Positions 40,407-51,712 of a stretch of 64,000 bases of DNA are shown in pieces (position 1 is the stretch's first letter; the number at the start of each line of letters is the position of its first letter). A program made the translations under genes and the position numbers. Origin of the DNA: an uncultured delta proteobacterium (GTDB taxonomy: Bacteria; Myxococcota; B64-G9). A model generated the notes under the pieces. It did not search any database and was not told the DNA's origin. It saw only the letters and a program-made list of their open reading frames with translations. The DNA is taken from assembly GCA_963754925.1 (NCBI GenBank), contig CAVWHX010000001.1:128001-192000 (forward strand), read 5' to 3'.

Positions 40407-41198
40407 ATGTCAAAAAACATCTTCATAGGGGATCTTGAAGAGCTGACCGATTACGCAGTTTGCCTGTGGTTGGAGGTATGCACGGCGGCGCTGCGAGAAA
40501 AAGCATACTGCGCCGTGGCCCTTTCCGGCGGTACAACGCCAAAACCTTTTTATGAAAAACTGGCGTCAGAAACCGACGCATCGCTTTGGCAAACGACGCA
40601 TATTTTTCAGGTGGACGAGCGTTTCGTACCGCCTGATCATCGCGACAGTAATTTTCGCTTGATTCGGGAGACTCTGACAAGTCTCGTGCCGATCCCCGAG
40701 CACAATCTGCATCCCGTCCCGATAACCGGCACGCCGGAGGATTCGGCGCGCGCTTATGATCATGAATTACAGACGTTTTTCAAGCCATCGCGGGGATCGA
40801 TCCCCTCCTTCGATCTCATGGTATTGGGCATTGGGATAGATGGTCATACGGCCTCGCTTTTTCCAGGGGATCGGGCTGTGAACGAGACCACCCGTTTGGC
40901 GACCTCGGTGATTGTTTCGGATGACCGTCACCATCGAATCACGTTCACCCTTCCCGTTATAAAAAACGCCGCCTGTCGTGTGTTCATGGCCACTGGTCGC
41001 GAAAAATCAGCAATTCTAAAAAGAGTTCTGGAAGGGGCTAAAACCAGGTTGCCGGCTTATTTGGCCGGTATCGGAAAAGGAACGGTCTTCTACCTTATCG
41101 ATCCGGACGCGGCCAAGGAATTGTCGAAGAAAACGGTATCGAGATACGGCTTGGTTCATGAAAAGGGAGGATCCGGCTCATCCGAGACCTGTCGATAA
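40407..41198 (+). CDS. pgl: 6-phosphogluconolactonase
   Basis: ALSGGTTP, VDERFVP, DSNF, LGIGIDGHTASLFP, RITFT. Confidence 0.95.
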   Translation: MSKNIFIGDLEELTDYAVCLWLEVCTAALREKAYCAVALSGGTTPKPFYEKLASETDASLWQTTHIFQVDERFVPPDHRDSNFRLIRETLTSLVPIPEHNLHPVPITGTPEDSARAYDHELQTFFKPSRGSIPSFDLMVLGIGIDGHTASLFPGDRAVNETTRLATSVIVSDDRHHRITFTLPVIKNAACRVFMATGREKSAILKRVLEGAKTRLPAYLAGIGKGTVFYLIDPDAAKELSKKTVSRYGLVHEKGGSGSSETCR

Positions 41199-41253
41199 GC
41201 AAGGTAATTTCGGATAAGTACCTGGGATCAAAATCCAGGCTACATTCTCTCGC

Positions 41254-41378
41254 TGCTTCGCAGCGATTCTATATGAGGCATTGATCGAAGGCTGAAACTC
41301 CACGCTTTGCTTCGCAGCGATTCTATATGAGGCATTGATCGAAGGCTGAAACTCCACGCTTTGCTTCGCAGCGATTCT
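41254..41378. repeat. 54-bp perfect tandem repeat (2.3 copies) with TTCG-loop hairpin
   Basis: TGCTTCGCAGCGATTCTATATGAGGCATTGATCGAAGGCTGAAACTCCACGCTT starting at 41254, 41308 and partially 41362. Confidence 0.9.
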
Positions 41379-41382
41379 CTTT

Positions 41383-42201
41383 CTAACCGAGTCCCGTCAG
41401 CCGATTTGATAGCTCGCGAAGCTTCTTCCGCGCCTCAGCTTGGTAGGCTTGATCGTCGGCGCTGGTCTCGTTGAGGCCATTGAAATATCGACCGGTGATC
41501 CCTTCGAGCGCCTCATCGGTAACGAGTCGTACGGTCGCTTGAACTCCCTCTTCAAGGGTGCTGGTGGGATGCGCGACGATTTTCGTCGGCATAAAGGTCG
41601 CCGGGTGCAGCGCAGTCACTGTTACGTTGGTGCCGCGAAGTTCTTCGACCAAGTCGATAGTGAACAGAATCTGCGCGAGCTTGCTTTGGCAATATGCACG
41701 AATGCCGTCGTAGCCGCGCTCGAGCATGACATCATTGAAGTCGATGGCCTGCTGCCCGGCGGAGCTGACATTCACAATACGTGAAGGTGCGGACTCCTTA
41801 AGGACCGGCAGCAGAAGACGGGTCAGTAGAAAAGGAGCGAGGTAGTTTACTGCAAAGCGGTACTCATATCCATCGCGGCTCTCCATGCGCGCGCCGTCAC
41901 CGGGAACACGGGTGCCCACGCCTGCGTTATTGATCAGCGCGTCGAGGCGCGGCTCGTTCAAGAGAACCTGCTTGGCCATGGAGCGAACCTCATCGAGGGA
42001 GGCGAAATCTGCCCGGTACGGACGTGCGGAACGATTGCCCGCGCTCTGCTGAATCTCTAGCAACGTGCGTTCAGTTCGCTTCGCATCGCGCCCGTGGACG
42101 AGAATCGTCGCGCCGCGACGAGCGAGATCGAGGGCGACACCTTTTCCAAGGCCATCGGTGGCTCCGGTAACGAGAATAACCTGCTCTTGAATCGGTTTCA
42201 T
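41383..42201 (-). CDS. SDR family oxidoreductase
   Basis: TGATDGLG, INNAG, VNVSS, YCQSK. Confidence 0.93.
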   Translation of the reverse strand: MKPIQEQVILVTGATDGLGKGVALDLARRGATILVHGRDAKRTERTLLEIQQSAGNRSARPYRADFASLDEVRSMAKQVLLNEPRLDALINNAGVGTRVPGDGARMESRDGYEYRFAVNYLAPFLLTRLLLPVLKESAPSRIVNVSSAGQQAIDFNDVMLERGYDGIRAYCQSKLAQILFTIDLVEELRGTNVTVTALHPATFMPTKIVAHPTSTLEEGVQATVRLVTDEALEGITGRYFNGLNETSADDQAYQAEARKKLRELSNRLTGLG

Positions 42202-42558
42202 TGGGGTACCTCTTTACGTCCAGACGCCTGCAATCTCCCGCGAGTAAAGCATGAATAACCCATTTTTTATGTTGCAGAAAGCATACCAGAGTGTTTATTT
42301 CGATTTTTCGGCGCGTTGGTTCATGAGTTCTGTTTGCCGCGGCCATTGCCGTGCAAAACGAACTATCTATAATAAACTATTCCTAAAATATTTACCGGGT
42401 TGCTACCGTACATTGATCGAATCAAGTTATTGCTGGTCATAAAGAGCTCAGTAAGGTAAAAACGCTGGTAACCATTGACTAGTAGTTACGGTTGATGAAA
42501 TGAATCTGTATCGATAACTTTTTTGAAGGAGCGATACCATACAGAAGAGGGTCTTTCA

Positions 42559-43338
42559 ATGAGTAATCTGATGCCGGTTATTTTCTTCGGACACGGCAAT
42601 CCGATGAACGCAGCGTCAAAGAATGCTTATACCGATAGCTGGGCTTCTATCGGCAAATCCATCCCGCGCCCTAAGTCCGTGCTTTCGATATCCGCTCACT
42701 GGTACCTGCCAACCTGTGCGGTGATGGCCAACCCTTTTCCCCTCACCATCCACGATTTTGGCGGTTTTCCGAGGGAACTGTACCAGATAAAATATCCGGC
42801 GCCAGGCAGTCCCGAACTTGCCCGGCGGGTTAAGGATCTCCTTGACCCTATTTCAGTAAAGCTTGACGAAAGCTGGGGGCTGGATCACGGAACCTGGATG
42901 GTGCTTAAGCACGTTTTTCCAAAGGCTGAGATTCCGGTCGTTCAACTCAGCATCGATGAGAGGCAACCGCCCATATTCCACTATGAAATGGGAAAACGGC
43001 TGGCGGCGCTCCGCGAAGAAGGCGTTTTGGTTATCGGAAGCGGCAATATCGTTCATAATTTAGCCGCTTACGCCTGGGACAAAAAAGAGGTCGAGCCTCT
43101 TGATTGGGCGGTTCGGTTTGAAAAACGCGTGCAGGAGTTGTTGATAAAAGGCGACGATGCCCGGGTCATCCTGTACGAGAGTTTCGGCCGCGATGCTCTC
43201 TTATCTGTTCCAACACGGGATCATTACGTACCGCTTTTGTATGTGCTTGGCCTTCGGAAAGGAAAGGAACGGGTCACGTTTCCCGTGCAAGGGATTGATG
43301 GTGGATCGGTCTCCATGCTTGCGGTCAAAATGGGTTAA
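42559..43338 (+). CDS. ygiD: 4,5-DOPA dioxygenase extradiol (LigB family)
   Basis: FFGHGNPMN, SAHW, TIHDFGGFP, WGLDHGTW, GSGNIVHNL, DHYVPL. Confidence 0.92.
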   Translation: MSNLMPVIFFGHGNPMNAASKNAYTDSWASIGKSIPRPKSVLSISAHWYLPTCAVMANPFPLTIHDFGGFPRELYQIKYPAPGSPELARRVKDLLDPISVKLDESWGLDHGTWMVLKHVFPKAEIPVVQLSIDERQPPIFHYEMGKRLAALREEGVLVIGSGNIVHNLAAYAWDKKEVEPLDWAVRFEKRVQELLIKGDDARVILYESFGRDALLSVPTRDHYVPLLYVLGLRKGKERVTFPVQGIDGGSVSMLAVKMG

Positions 43339-43495
43339 TCATAACAAGCAACAAGCCCGGATCATATTCTTCCTGAATTTTTAATCGGTTAATGCCTCAA
43401 TTTAGCGCAACCCGGAACTAGGTAGAATTCTTTACAATTATTGACGGGAAAGAGAAAACCGAGTTAATTAACTCCCTGGAAGGAGTACGATACGA

Positions 43496-44590
43496 ATGAG
43501 TAATAAGAAAGAATTGACCGCAGCGATGTTTATTGGTGTACGAGGCGAAGGGATCATTTCATTTGGCTCAGGTCAACCGGATTTGCCTCCGCCCAAAGAA
43601 GTCTATGAAATTTTAACCGATTATGCTGGTTTCAAGTACGGTCTGGTACAGGGACAGACGAATTTACGGGAGGCGCTGGCGCAGCAATATCCAGAATCAA
43701 CGGCAGAGAATTTCGTGATTACCAACGGCGCCTCCGAGGCACTGGATTTGGCCCTGCGGGCCATTGGGTGGATGTATGGGCAGAAGAACACCCAAAAACC
43801 GAAATGCCTGCTGTGTCGTCCCTACTATTACTCGTATCTACCGCTGGTGGAGTATGCCGGGTTCGAACCGGTCTTCACCGAGTTAGTTGAAGGCAGAATT
43901 GTCATTGAGGACTTCAAGCGAAAAGTCAGGGATTGCAAAGTGGTATTGATTAATTCTCCCTCTAACCCAACCGGGCGCGTTGAGGCGATCGATACCCTGC
44001 AGAAGATCGAAAAGATCACGGAGGATTTGGGTGTCTACATTTTATCGGATGAAGTTTATAAAGATTTGATTTATGTCCGAGAAAACTATCTGCTCAAAGG
44101 CCCCCACGTCGTCACTATCAACTCTTTTTCCAAGACGTTTGCGATGACTGGCTTTCGGGTTGGGTATTTGTGGTCCTTGGATAAGGAGCTGATTAAGATG
44201 GTTATCGAGATGAAATCGCATACGTCCATGAACACGAGTATTATCGGGCAAGAAATGGCCTATGAGGCCACGAAGGTTCCCCGAAGCTACATCGACGAGC
44301 AGTTGAAAATTTGGGAGTCGCGAAGAGACCTCATTTACAAAGGTCTTCTCGATCTCGGACTTGATCTATGGAAACCCGAAGGGGCATTCTACGTTCTTCC
44401 CAGAATCCGGAACCCACGGGACTTTGTCTGGGAGATGTTTCACCAATACAAAGTCATTACCTATTTGGGAGAATGGTTTGGCGCTCCCGATCGCGTGCGG
44501 TTCTCGTATGCTCTCGATGTCGACAAGATCGAGGAAGGATTAGCAAGAGTCGGTCAGTATCTAAGAAAATCGAAATCGGAAACCCCATAG
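43496..44590 (+). CDS. PLP-dependent aminotransferase class I/II
   Basis: GQPD, TNGASEAL, NSPSNPTG, SDEVY, SFSKTFAMTGFRVG, PEGAFY. Confidence 0.93.
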   Translation: MSNKKELTAAMFIGVRGEGIISFGSGQPDLPPPKEVYEILTDYAGFKYGLVQGQTNLREALAQQYPESTAENFVITNGASEALDLALRAIGWMYGQKNTQKPKCLLCRPYYYSYLPLVEYAGFEPVFTELVEGRIVIEDFKRKVRDCKVVLINSPSNPTGRVEAIDTLQKIEKITEDLGVYILSDEVYKDLIYVRENYLLKGPHVVTINSFSKTFAMTGFRVGYLWSLDKELIKMVIEMKSHTSMNTSIIGQEMAYEATKVPRSYIDEQLKIWESRRDLIYKGLLDLGLDLWKPEGAFYVLPRIRNPRDFVWEMFHQYKVITYLGEWFGAPDRVRFSYALDVDKIEEGLARVGQYLRKSKSETP

Positions 44591-44653
44591 ATATACAAGA
44601 TTTCGTCCCCGGATTGACAACTGCTAGTTTAGGAATATGACGGATTCAGGGCA

Positions 44654-46816
44654 TCACGGGACGCAGGTCGCACCCGAGCAGTGCTGTAGGACCGTGGCGC
44701 ACGGTACGTTGCCCGTCAGCTTGATGGCGGTCATTGAAACAGGATTGGGGGTAGTCGTGATGCTGAGGTCGGATGATACTGCTGTTAATGAGCTGCCGTA
44801 GAGGTAGCCCACTACCGCGAGGTTCATGGCGCCGCTCTGGGTGCTCGCGTTGGTCAGCGTCATACCGTTCAGCGCTGCCGTGAGGGTCAAACCAGCGTAT
44901 AGGTCGAAGTTAAGAAGACCACCATTGTACGATATCGGGAGCGTATCGCCGTAGATGCCATCGCCGTCCGAATCAATCGCTCCGGAACAACTGGTGGTGC
45001 CGCTGGCTGGGACGGGGCAGGTATTGGACGCCGGTGCCGGCGGTCCGCCCCAACCGCTGTTGATGGTGAAGGTGGGGAACGTCACGGTGCCGCCGACCGT
45101 CGGGCATACGTTCGTGGTCGTTGACCCGCTCGCGGTTAAGGTTGCGAGCACCGCCGGCTGGTAGGTGATGTCAATCTGAGCGGCGCTGGTTGAGGGGGTG
45201 CTGGTGCTCAACGAGCAGATATCGAACTGCGTGTTGAGGGCACTGCCCGATTTCGTAACGACCACGCGCAGCACGAAGTCAATGGCAGCATCGGTCAAGG
45301 GGTCTCCTAAGAGGTCAGGCGCGGCGATCGAACCCCCGGTCGTGACGCTCGCGATCCAGGTGCCGGTTAGATCGATGCAGGACTGGCAGGTACTGCTACA
45401 GGAGCCCGCGACCGGCGGATCACACTGCTCGCCGGTTTCGATGACGCCGTTGCCGCAGACTGCAAGACAATCGTTGTCATTGGTAGCGTTGCAACCCTTC
45501 GGGCAGCAACCATCGCCGTTCACGCATGCAGAAATCTGAGTGTTCGCGCAGGTGGCCGTGCAGGTGTGGTTGTTCTGCAATACGGAGGTCGTGCACGAAT
45601 CGGGGGGTGTACAGGTCGTTGGGCATGCGCCCGGTTGACCCGCGGCGATTGCCGTGTCGCAGGTCTCGCCGGTCTCAAGCACGCCGTTGCCGCAGCAGGG
45701 TACGATAGGCGTATTGACGCACTTGGCCGTGCAGGCGTTTCCCTGCAACACAGAGGTCGTGCAAGCATTGGGAGCCGTACAGCTCGTTGGGCAGGCGCCC
45801 GGTTGACCCGCGGAGATTGCCGTGTCGCAGGTCTCGCCGCTGTCCACCACGCCATTTCCACACAAATTTCCGATTGTCTTGCAGTTGGCGTCGCAGGTCA
45901 CCGTATTGGGTGGCTCACAGGTCTCGGGGGCCGTAACACAACCATCACCGCAGACAGCAACCGTGATGGTCGCATCCACGCATTGGGCTGTGCAATCGGC
46001 CGCCGTTCCCGTCAACGTCGAAGTCTTGCAGGGGTCGGACGGCTTTGGACAAGCCGTCGGGCAGGCCCCCGGCTGTCCCGCCGTAATTCCGTTGTCGCAT
46101 TTCTCGCCAGTCTCAAGAATCCCGTTGCCGCAAACGGGACCCACGCCGCCGCCGCAGGTAACATCAACCGACAGCGAGTCGTCAGTGCAACCCGCAGTAC
46201 TTACGGTGATAGTCAAAGTTTTGTTTCCTGATACACTGCACTGGTAGGTGGTGTTAGCCGCAGTGGCATCCGCAAATGAGCCGCCACCCGTGGCCGTCCA
46301 CGTGTAGGTCAATGCGCCGGTGCCTAAATTCTTGGCGGTTGTGCTGACGTGAATCGTGCCTCCGAGATCAACCGTGGTAGGTGAAACCACCATGGAGGTG
46401 ATCGTTGGGCAGAGTATAAATTGGCCCGTAATATCAGCGCCACCCCGTTTCGGTGGGGTGCTCGAGCACTGTATCGGAACCGTCACCGTCGTGGTTTGGC
46501 TCTCGATTACGTCGAACTGAGCGGTGCCAGTACATTGAGCATCCGCTGTAGAGAGCGTAATGCTGTAACCGACCCCAACAGGAACTCCAGATATCAACAA
46601 TTCTACAGGATTTGACACAATCGTAATCGTGCCGGTGATGGGATCAATACTATTTCCGGTGACCACGTAATTAATTTCACTTTCATCGACGCCCGGCGCG
46701 ATCACCAACTTAGTTGACAGCTCGCCTTTGGGTCCTGCCCCTACGATGCCGTTTGCGCAGCCGGTGAAGGCCACCACGAGAACACTCAGCAATACTAATC
46801 GAAAATATGAATTCAT
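44654..46816 (-). CDS. Cysteine-rich repeat lipoprotein (myxobacterial type) with Ig/PKD-like domain
   Basis: Lipobox AFTGC; LTYTWTA; repeated CGNG..E.GE.CD units. Confidence 0.85.
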   Translation of the reverse strand: MNSYFRLVLLSVLVVAFTGCANGIVGAGPKGELSTKLVIAPGVDESEINYVVTGNSIDPITGTITIVSNPVELLISGVPVGVGYSITLSTADAQCTGTAQFDVIESQTTTVTVPIQCSSTPPKRGGADITGQFILCPTITSMVVSPTTVDLGGTIHVSTTAKNLGTGALTYTWTATGGGSFADATAANTTYQCSVSGNKTLTITVSTAGCTDDSLSVDVTCGGGVGPVCGNGILETGEKCDNGITAGQPGACPTACPKPSDPCKTSTLTGTAADCTAQCVDATITVAVCGDGCVTAPETCEPPNTVTCDANCKTIGNLCGNGVVDSGETCDTAISAGQPGACPTSCTAPNACTTSVLQGNACTAKCVNTPIVPCCGNGVLETGETCDTAIAAGQPGACPTTCTPPDSCTTSVLQNNHTCTATCANTQISACVNGDGCCPKGCNATNDNDCLAVCGNGVIETGEQCDPPVAGSCSSTCQSCIDLTGTWIASVTTGGSIAAPDLLGDPLTDAAIDFVLRVVVTKSGSALNTQFDICSLSTSTPSTSAAQIDITYQPAVLATLTASGSTTTNVCPTVGGTVTFPTFTINSGWGGPPAPASNTCPVPASGTTSCSGAIDSDGDGIYGDTLPISYNGGLLNFDLYAGLTLTAALNGMTLTNASTQSGAMNLAVVGYLYGSSLTAVSSDLSITTTPNPVSMTAIKLTGNVPCATVLQHCSGATCVP
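44692..45428. repeat. Long direct repeat copy 1 (shared C-terminal domain; copy 2 at 47382-48119)
   Basis: 44692-45323 matches 47382-48014 by eye apart from one extra A in copy 2. Confidence 0.9.
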
Positions 46817-47288
46817 GGTACTGTTCTTCTCCTTCCCCCCAGCGAGGGTTGAAGACTAGTAAATTCATTAGAAGGCGGTTTCATCCTACACCATGCATCA
46901 CATCGGTATTCTTTTTAGTAAAAGATCAATTGTTTCGACTCGTAATACACTTTTCGCGCCGAAAAAAACCCTTTTATCTAGTACAAAAAATAGTGTACGA
47001 GCCGTGAAGTCTTACTCTCACGCTTCTCAGGAAGTCAAAATAATACACTCAGACTAGATTAAAATGCCCCAGAGACCTAAAGTCAATAGAAAAAATCGTT
47101 CAGTTATAAATAGTATCGCCGGGATAAACGGGGAATTGGAATTATGAAAGACTAACTATATCTTATAGTTATCAAGATCACTGGGTGTATGCGTCTATAT
47201 ATATTTTTGGATAGAGCAACTCCACTATTTTAAATTTCCTGCATAATTGTAACTCGTTGGCATGTATCGATGTCTCCTGACAGGGATA

Positions 47289-47319
47289 GAAGCGCCGGCC
47301 CAAGATGGACCGGCGTTTC
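47289..47319 (-). terminator. Hairpin downstream of the second Cys-rich gene, possible terminator
   Basis: GAAGCGCCGG...CCGGCGTTTC about 30 nt after the stop; weak U tract. Confidence 0.5.
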
Positions 47320-47346
47320 CTATGCCGACAAAGGGAATTCAGAATA

Positions 47347-50300
47347 CTAGTTACAAGTCCCGCTGCTACAGTGCGAAATGGCCGTGGCGCACGGTACGTT
47401 GCCCGTCAGCTTGATGGCGGTCATTGAAACAGGATTGGGGGTAGTCGTGATGCTGAGGTCGGATGATACTGCTGTTAATGAGCTGCCGTAGAGGTAGCCC
47501 ACTACCGCGAGGTTCATGGCGCCGCTCTGGGTGCTCGCGTTGGTCAGCGTCATACCGTTCAGCGCTGCCGTGAGGGTCAAACCAGCGTATAGGTCGAAGT
47601 TAAAGAAGACCACCATTGTACGATATCGGGAGCGTATCGCCGTAGATGCCATCGCCGTCCGAATCAATCGCTCCGGAACAACTGGTGGTGCCGCTGGCTG
47701 GGACGGGGCAGGTATTGGACGCCGGTGCCGGCGGTCCGCCCCAACCGCTGTTGATGGTGAAGGTGGGGAACGTCACGGTGCCGCCGACCGTCGGGCATAC
47801 GTTCGTGGTCGTTGACCCGCTCGCGGTTAAGGTTGCGAGCACCGCCGGCTGGTAGGTGATGTCAATCTGAGCGGCGCTGGTTGAGGGGGTGCTGGTGCTC
47901 AACGAGCAGATATCGAACTGCGTGTTGAGGGCACTGCCCGATTTCGTAACGACCACGCGCAGCACGAAGTCAATGGCAGCATCGGTCAAGGGGTCTCCTA
48001 AGAGGTCAGGCGCGTCGATTATACCCGGAGTCGTAATGCGCGCGATCCAGGTGCCGGTTAGATCGACGCAGGACTGGCAGGTACTGCTGCAGGAGCCCGC
48101 GACCGGCGGATCACACTGTTCATTGCCCGAAACACAACCGTCGCCGCAGACAGAAGTTTTACAGTCGCTGTCGTTACAAGGGGTACACCCAGCCGGGCAG
48201 CAGCCGTCGCTCGTCATGCTGCAGGCCGTGATCGGTGTATTGCTACAGCCCGCCGCAGCGCTGCAACTATCGGCGGTGCAGGCATTTCCATCGTTGCAAT
48301 TCATGCCGGTGCCGGTAGTGCACGTTCCCAATTGGCACGTCTTCGGAGTCCACTGGAGACCGTTGCACGAAGTCCCGCAGTCGGCACCGTCAGCTTTAGT
48401 CGGGTTCGAGCACACGCCGGTGGATGGGTTGCACGTTCCTGCCGTGTGACACTGATCCAAGGCAGTGCACACTACCGGGTTTGAGCCCGTGCAGATACCG
48501 GACTGACAGGTGTCGGTCTGGGTGCAGGCGTTACCGTCATTGCAAGCGGTGCCGTTGGTCTGATTCGGATTCGAGCACACGCCGGTGGATGGGTTGCAGG
48601 TCCCTGCCGTGTGACATTGATCCGATGCCGTGCACACTACCGGGTTTGAGCCCGTGCAGATACCGGACTGACAGGTATCGGTCTGGGTGCAGGCGTTACC
48701 GTCATTGCAAGCGGTGCCGTTGGTCTGATTCGGATTCGAGCACACGCCGGTGGATGGGTTGCAGGTTCCCGCCACGTGGCACTGATCCGATGCCGTGCAC
48801 ACTACCGGGTTTGAGCCCGTGCAGATACCGGACTGACAGGTGTCGGTCTGGGTGCAGGCGTTGCCGTCGTTGCAAGCGGTGCCGTTGGTCACGCTGCTAT
48901 GGGTACAAGCCGCATTACAATTGGAAGCGCTTCCCGTCAGGATGTCCGTCGTGCATACGTTGCCGTCATCGCAGCTGGTCGGGCAAGCGCCCGGTTGACC
49001 TGCAGCGATCTTGCTGTCGCAGGTCTCGCCGCCCGAAACACAGCCGTCGCCGCAGACAGAAGTTTTACAGTCGCTGTCGTTGCACGGGGTGCACCCAGCC
49101 GGGCAGCAGCCGTCGCCGTTCACGCATGCCGTAATCGCCGTGTGGGTGCACTTGACGTTGCAGGTCGATGCACTCCCCGTCATAGTGTCAATGGTGCAGG
49201 CGTTGCTATCGTCGCAGCTCGTCGGGCAGTTGCCGTCGCAGGTCTCGCCGCAGGCTGTTTCAACCACGCCGTTTCCACAAGTGCAATTGCAATCGGTGTC
49301 GTTGTTCCTGTTACACCCGGTCGGGCAACAGCCGTCGCCATTCACGCAGGCCGTAATCGCTGTGTGGGTACAGGTTACATTACAGAGTGCCGCGCTTCCC
49401 GTCAGGGTGTCGGTCGTGCACGCATTATTATCATTGCAGCTCGTCGGGCAGTTGCCGTCGCAGGTCTCGCCGTTCTCTGTAATGCCGTTACCGCAGCAGG
49501 GGACGATGGGTGTGAACGTGCACTTAGCCGAGCAGTCCGCGGCGCTTCCCGAAAGGGTATCCGTGGTGCACACATTGTTATCATTGCAGCTCGTCGGGCA
49601 GGCGCCGGTGCCGGAAATAATTGCTTTGTCGCAGTTCTCACCGGCCTCGACTATGCCGTTGCCGCAGCAGGGGGTGATAGTCGTAACCACGCAGTTGGCC
49701 GTGCAGGCGGAGCCTGAAAGCGTCGAGGTGTGGCAAGCGTCAGGAGCCGTGCAGCTCGTCGGGCAGGCGCCGGCGCCAGAGGTGATTGCTTTGTCGCAGT
49801 TCTCGCCGGCCTCGACTATGCCGTTGCCGCAGCAGGGGGTGATAGTCGTAACCACGCACTTGGCCGTGCAGGCGGAGCCTGAAAGCGTCGAGGTGTGGCA
49901 AGCGTCAGGAGCCGTGCAGCTCGTTGGGCAGGCGCCTGGTTGACCCGCGGCGATTGCGGTATCGCAGTTCTCGCCAGAGTCGACCGTGCCGTTGCCGCAA
50001 CAGGGGGTAATCGCCGCAACAACGCACTGGGTTGTGCAGGCGGAGCCTGAAAGCGTCGAGGTGTGGCAGGCGTCAGGAGCCGTGCAGCTCGTCGGGCAGG
50101 CGCCCGTTTGACCCGCAGGGATGGCGGTGTCGCAGGTCTCGCCAGTCGAAACTTTGCCGTCGCCGCAGGTAACCGTCGAAGTTCCCGCGCACTCATCAAG
50201 CTTGGGGTCGGCAATCGGTGTCTTGGTGCTCTTGAGTGTTATATCCAGTACCACCGCGGCCCCGCCGAGCACCGGGATGGTGCTCGGAATCTTCATATTG

Positions 50301-50872
50301 AGCACTTGATGGATATTCACCCCGGTCCCCTGTGTCATGAGGTTAATCAGCCCATTGAGGTCGAGATTAGTAACCGTGGCGCCGATGTTGAGTGTCAGGG
50401 GAACGGGAGGGATGCCTAAGGTGCTTGATATAGCCGGGTTCAGAGATTTTGTCTCTGTGGGAATAGTAATTAAAATAGTGGCAGTTCCCAGGGCGATGGG
50501 CCGCAGGTAAGCGATGCCACCCGCCGACGCGCTTGCCGGAATGGAGGTGCACAAGGTCCCGGTTGAAATCGTCCCAAAATTTACGGCGGTACCCGCCGCG
50601 GCGTAACTGCTCACCTTCACCGTAGCAGGTGCGCCGAAGAACGACACCAATTGGTTGGTATCGACCGTGATGGTTGTATTAAAGTTGCCTACGAAATTAC
50701 TTTTTACCGTTCCACCGCCCAAGGACGTCGGAAGATTGATGGACAAGGTGTTGCTCGCCGCTGGATCAAGCACCAGCGATACGGGATACGTGATCTTTCC
50801 GCACGCAGCAATGAGACTCACACACATCAATGTTACCGCGAACATCGACCCAATCATTTTCTTCATAGCCAT
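47347..50872 (-). CDS. Large cysteine-rich repeat lipoprotein, frameshifted at about 47603
   Basis: GAGGAGG RBS, lipobox LIAAC, CGNG and CNDGNACT repeats; C-terminus continues in ORF 47347-47667 and matches the paralogue. Confidence 0.85.
48403..48890 (-). repeat. Three near-identical 165-bp (55-aa) intragenic tandem repeats
   Basis: TGCAAGCGGTGCCGTTGGTC recurs at 48541, 48706, 48871. Confidence 0.9.
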
Positions 50873-51595
50873 GGTATTCCTCCTCATTCATGGTATATAG
50901 GGAAGGGTAGGCCGCCCCCCATCCTCTTTGCAGACGAGTAACGTCTTTCACCTCCCTCGCATCGAGGACATAGGTTTTTTTTTATTGGGATACAGTGACA
51001 CACGAGCAACAAGTTCCCTCTTTCAATCTGTTATCAGATCATTACGGATCCGTTGTCAGATCACTTTTGCTTTGTTGTCCGATCTCAAAAATACTAGGTA
51101 TCTATGTTGCCGAATAAAATACGTTGTAGATGTAAAGTCAACAAAAATATAGACTAACAAAATTGTCTCGTTAATCTTATGAGTAACCGAAACACTTCAT
51201 TTCGTTTATATTATGATTAATTATATTATATATCAATATGTTATTATGATAGTGTCGAGTCATATTTTGCTATATATAATTCAGGATTATATTAATCCAT
51301 AATTGTAGCTTTTCAGTATTTAGGTTATACCAGGGCTTCTTTTGATGAAAGAAAAGAAAGATCTTATGTCTCTGGTAGAAGCCGTCAAAGTTACGTAGTG
51401 GGTCCGTTTGCCGGGTCGTTCGACGAATACCAAGAGCCAACATGAAAATGACCTACTACCAGAAAATGACAGCACCGCCTTTTCGATGTATAGTCGGGTA
51501 TCATTGCGAATAAAGATTAATCGGGAGGATAAGTTCTGCCGAGGACTCAAATACTCATTGAAACTATTTGATGATCTCGATACCATTCAACCTGC

Positions 51596-51670
51596 TAGAG
51601 ACTGTAGCGAGCGAAGCGAGGCGTATAAGAGATTGTTGACGAACGAAGTGAGGATTATAAGCTCCTATCC
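51596..51670. repeat. Degenerate family B hairpin copies
   Basis: TAGAGACTGTAGCGAGCGAAGCGAGG and AAGAGATTGTTGACGAACGAAGTGAGGATTATAAGCTCCTATCC. Confidence 0.55.
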
Positions 51671-51712
51671 TATGGACAGTTTCTCGGCCTGCGGAAGTGT
51701 GAGGAGACAATA

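Noticed and set aside
41254..41378. CRISPR array
   Set aside because: Intervening segments are identical, the repeat is only 17 nt, and there are no cas genes.
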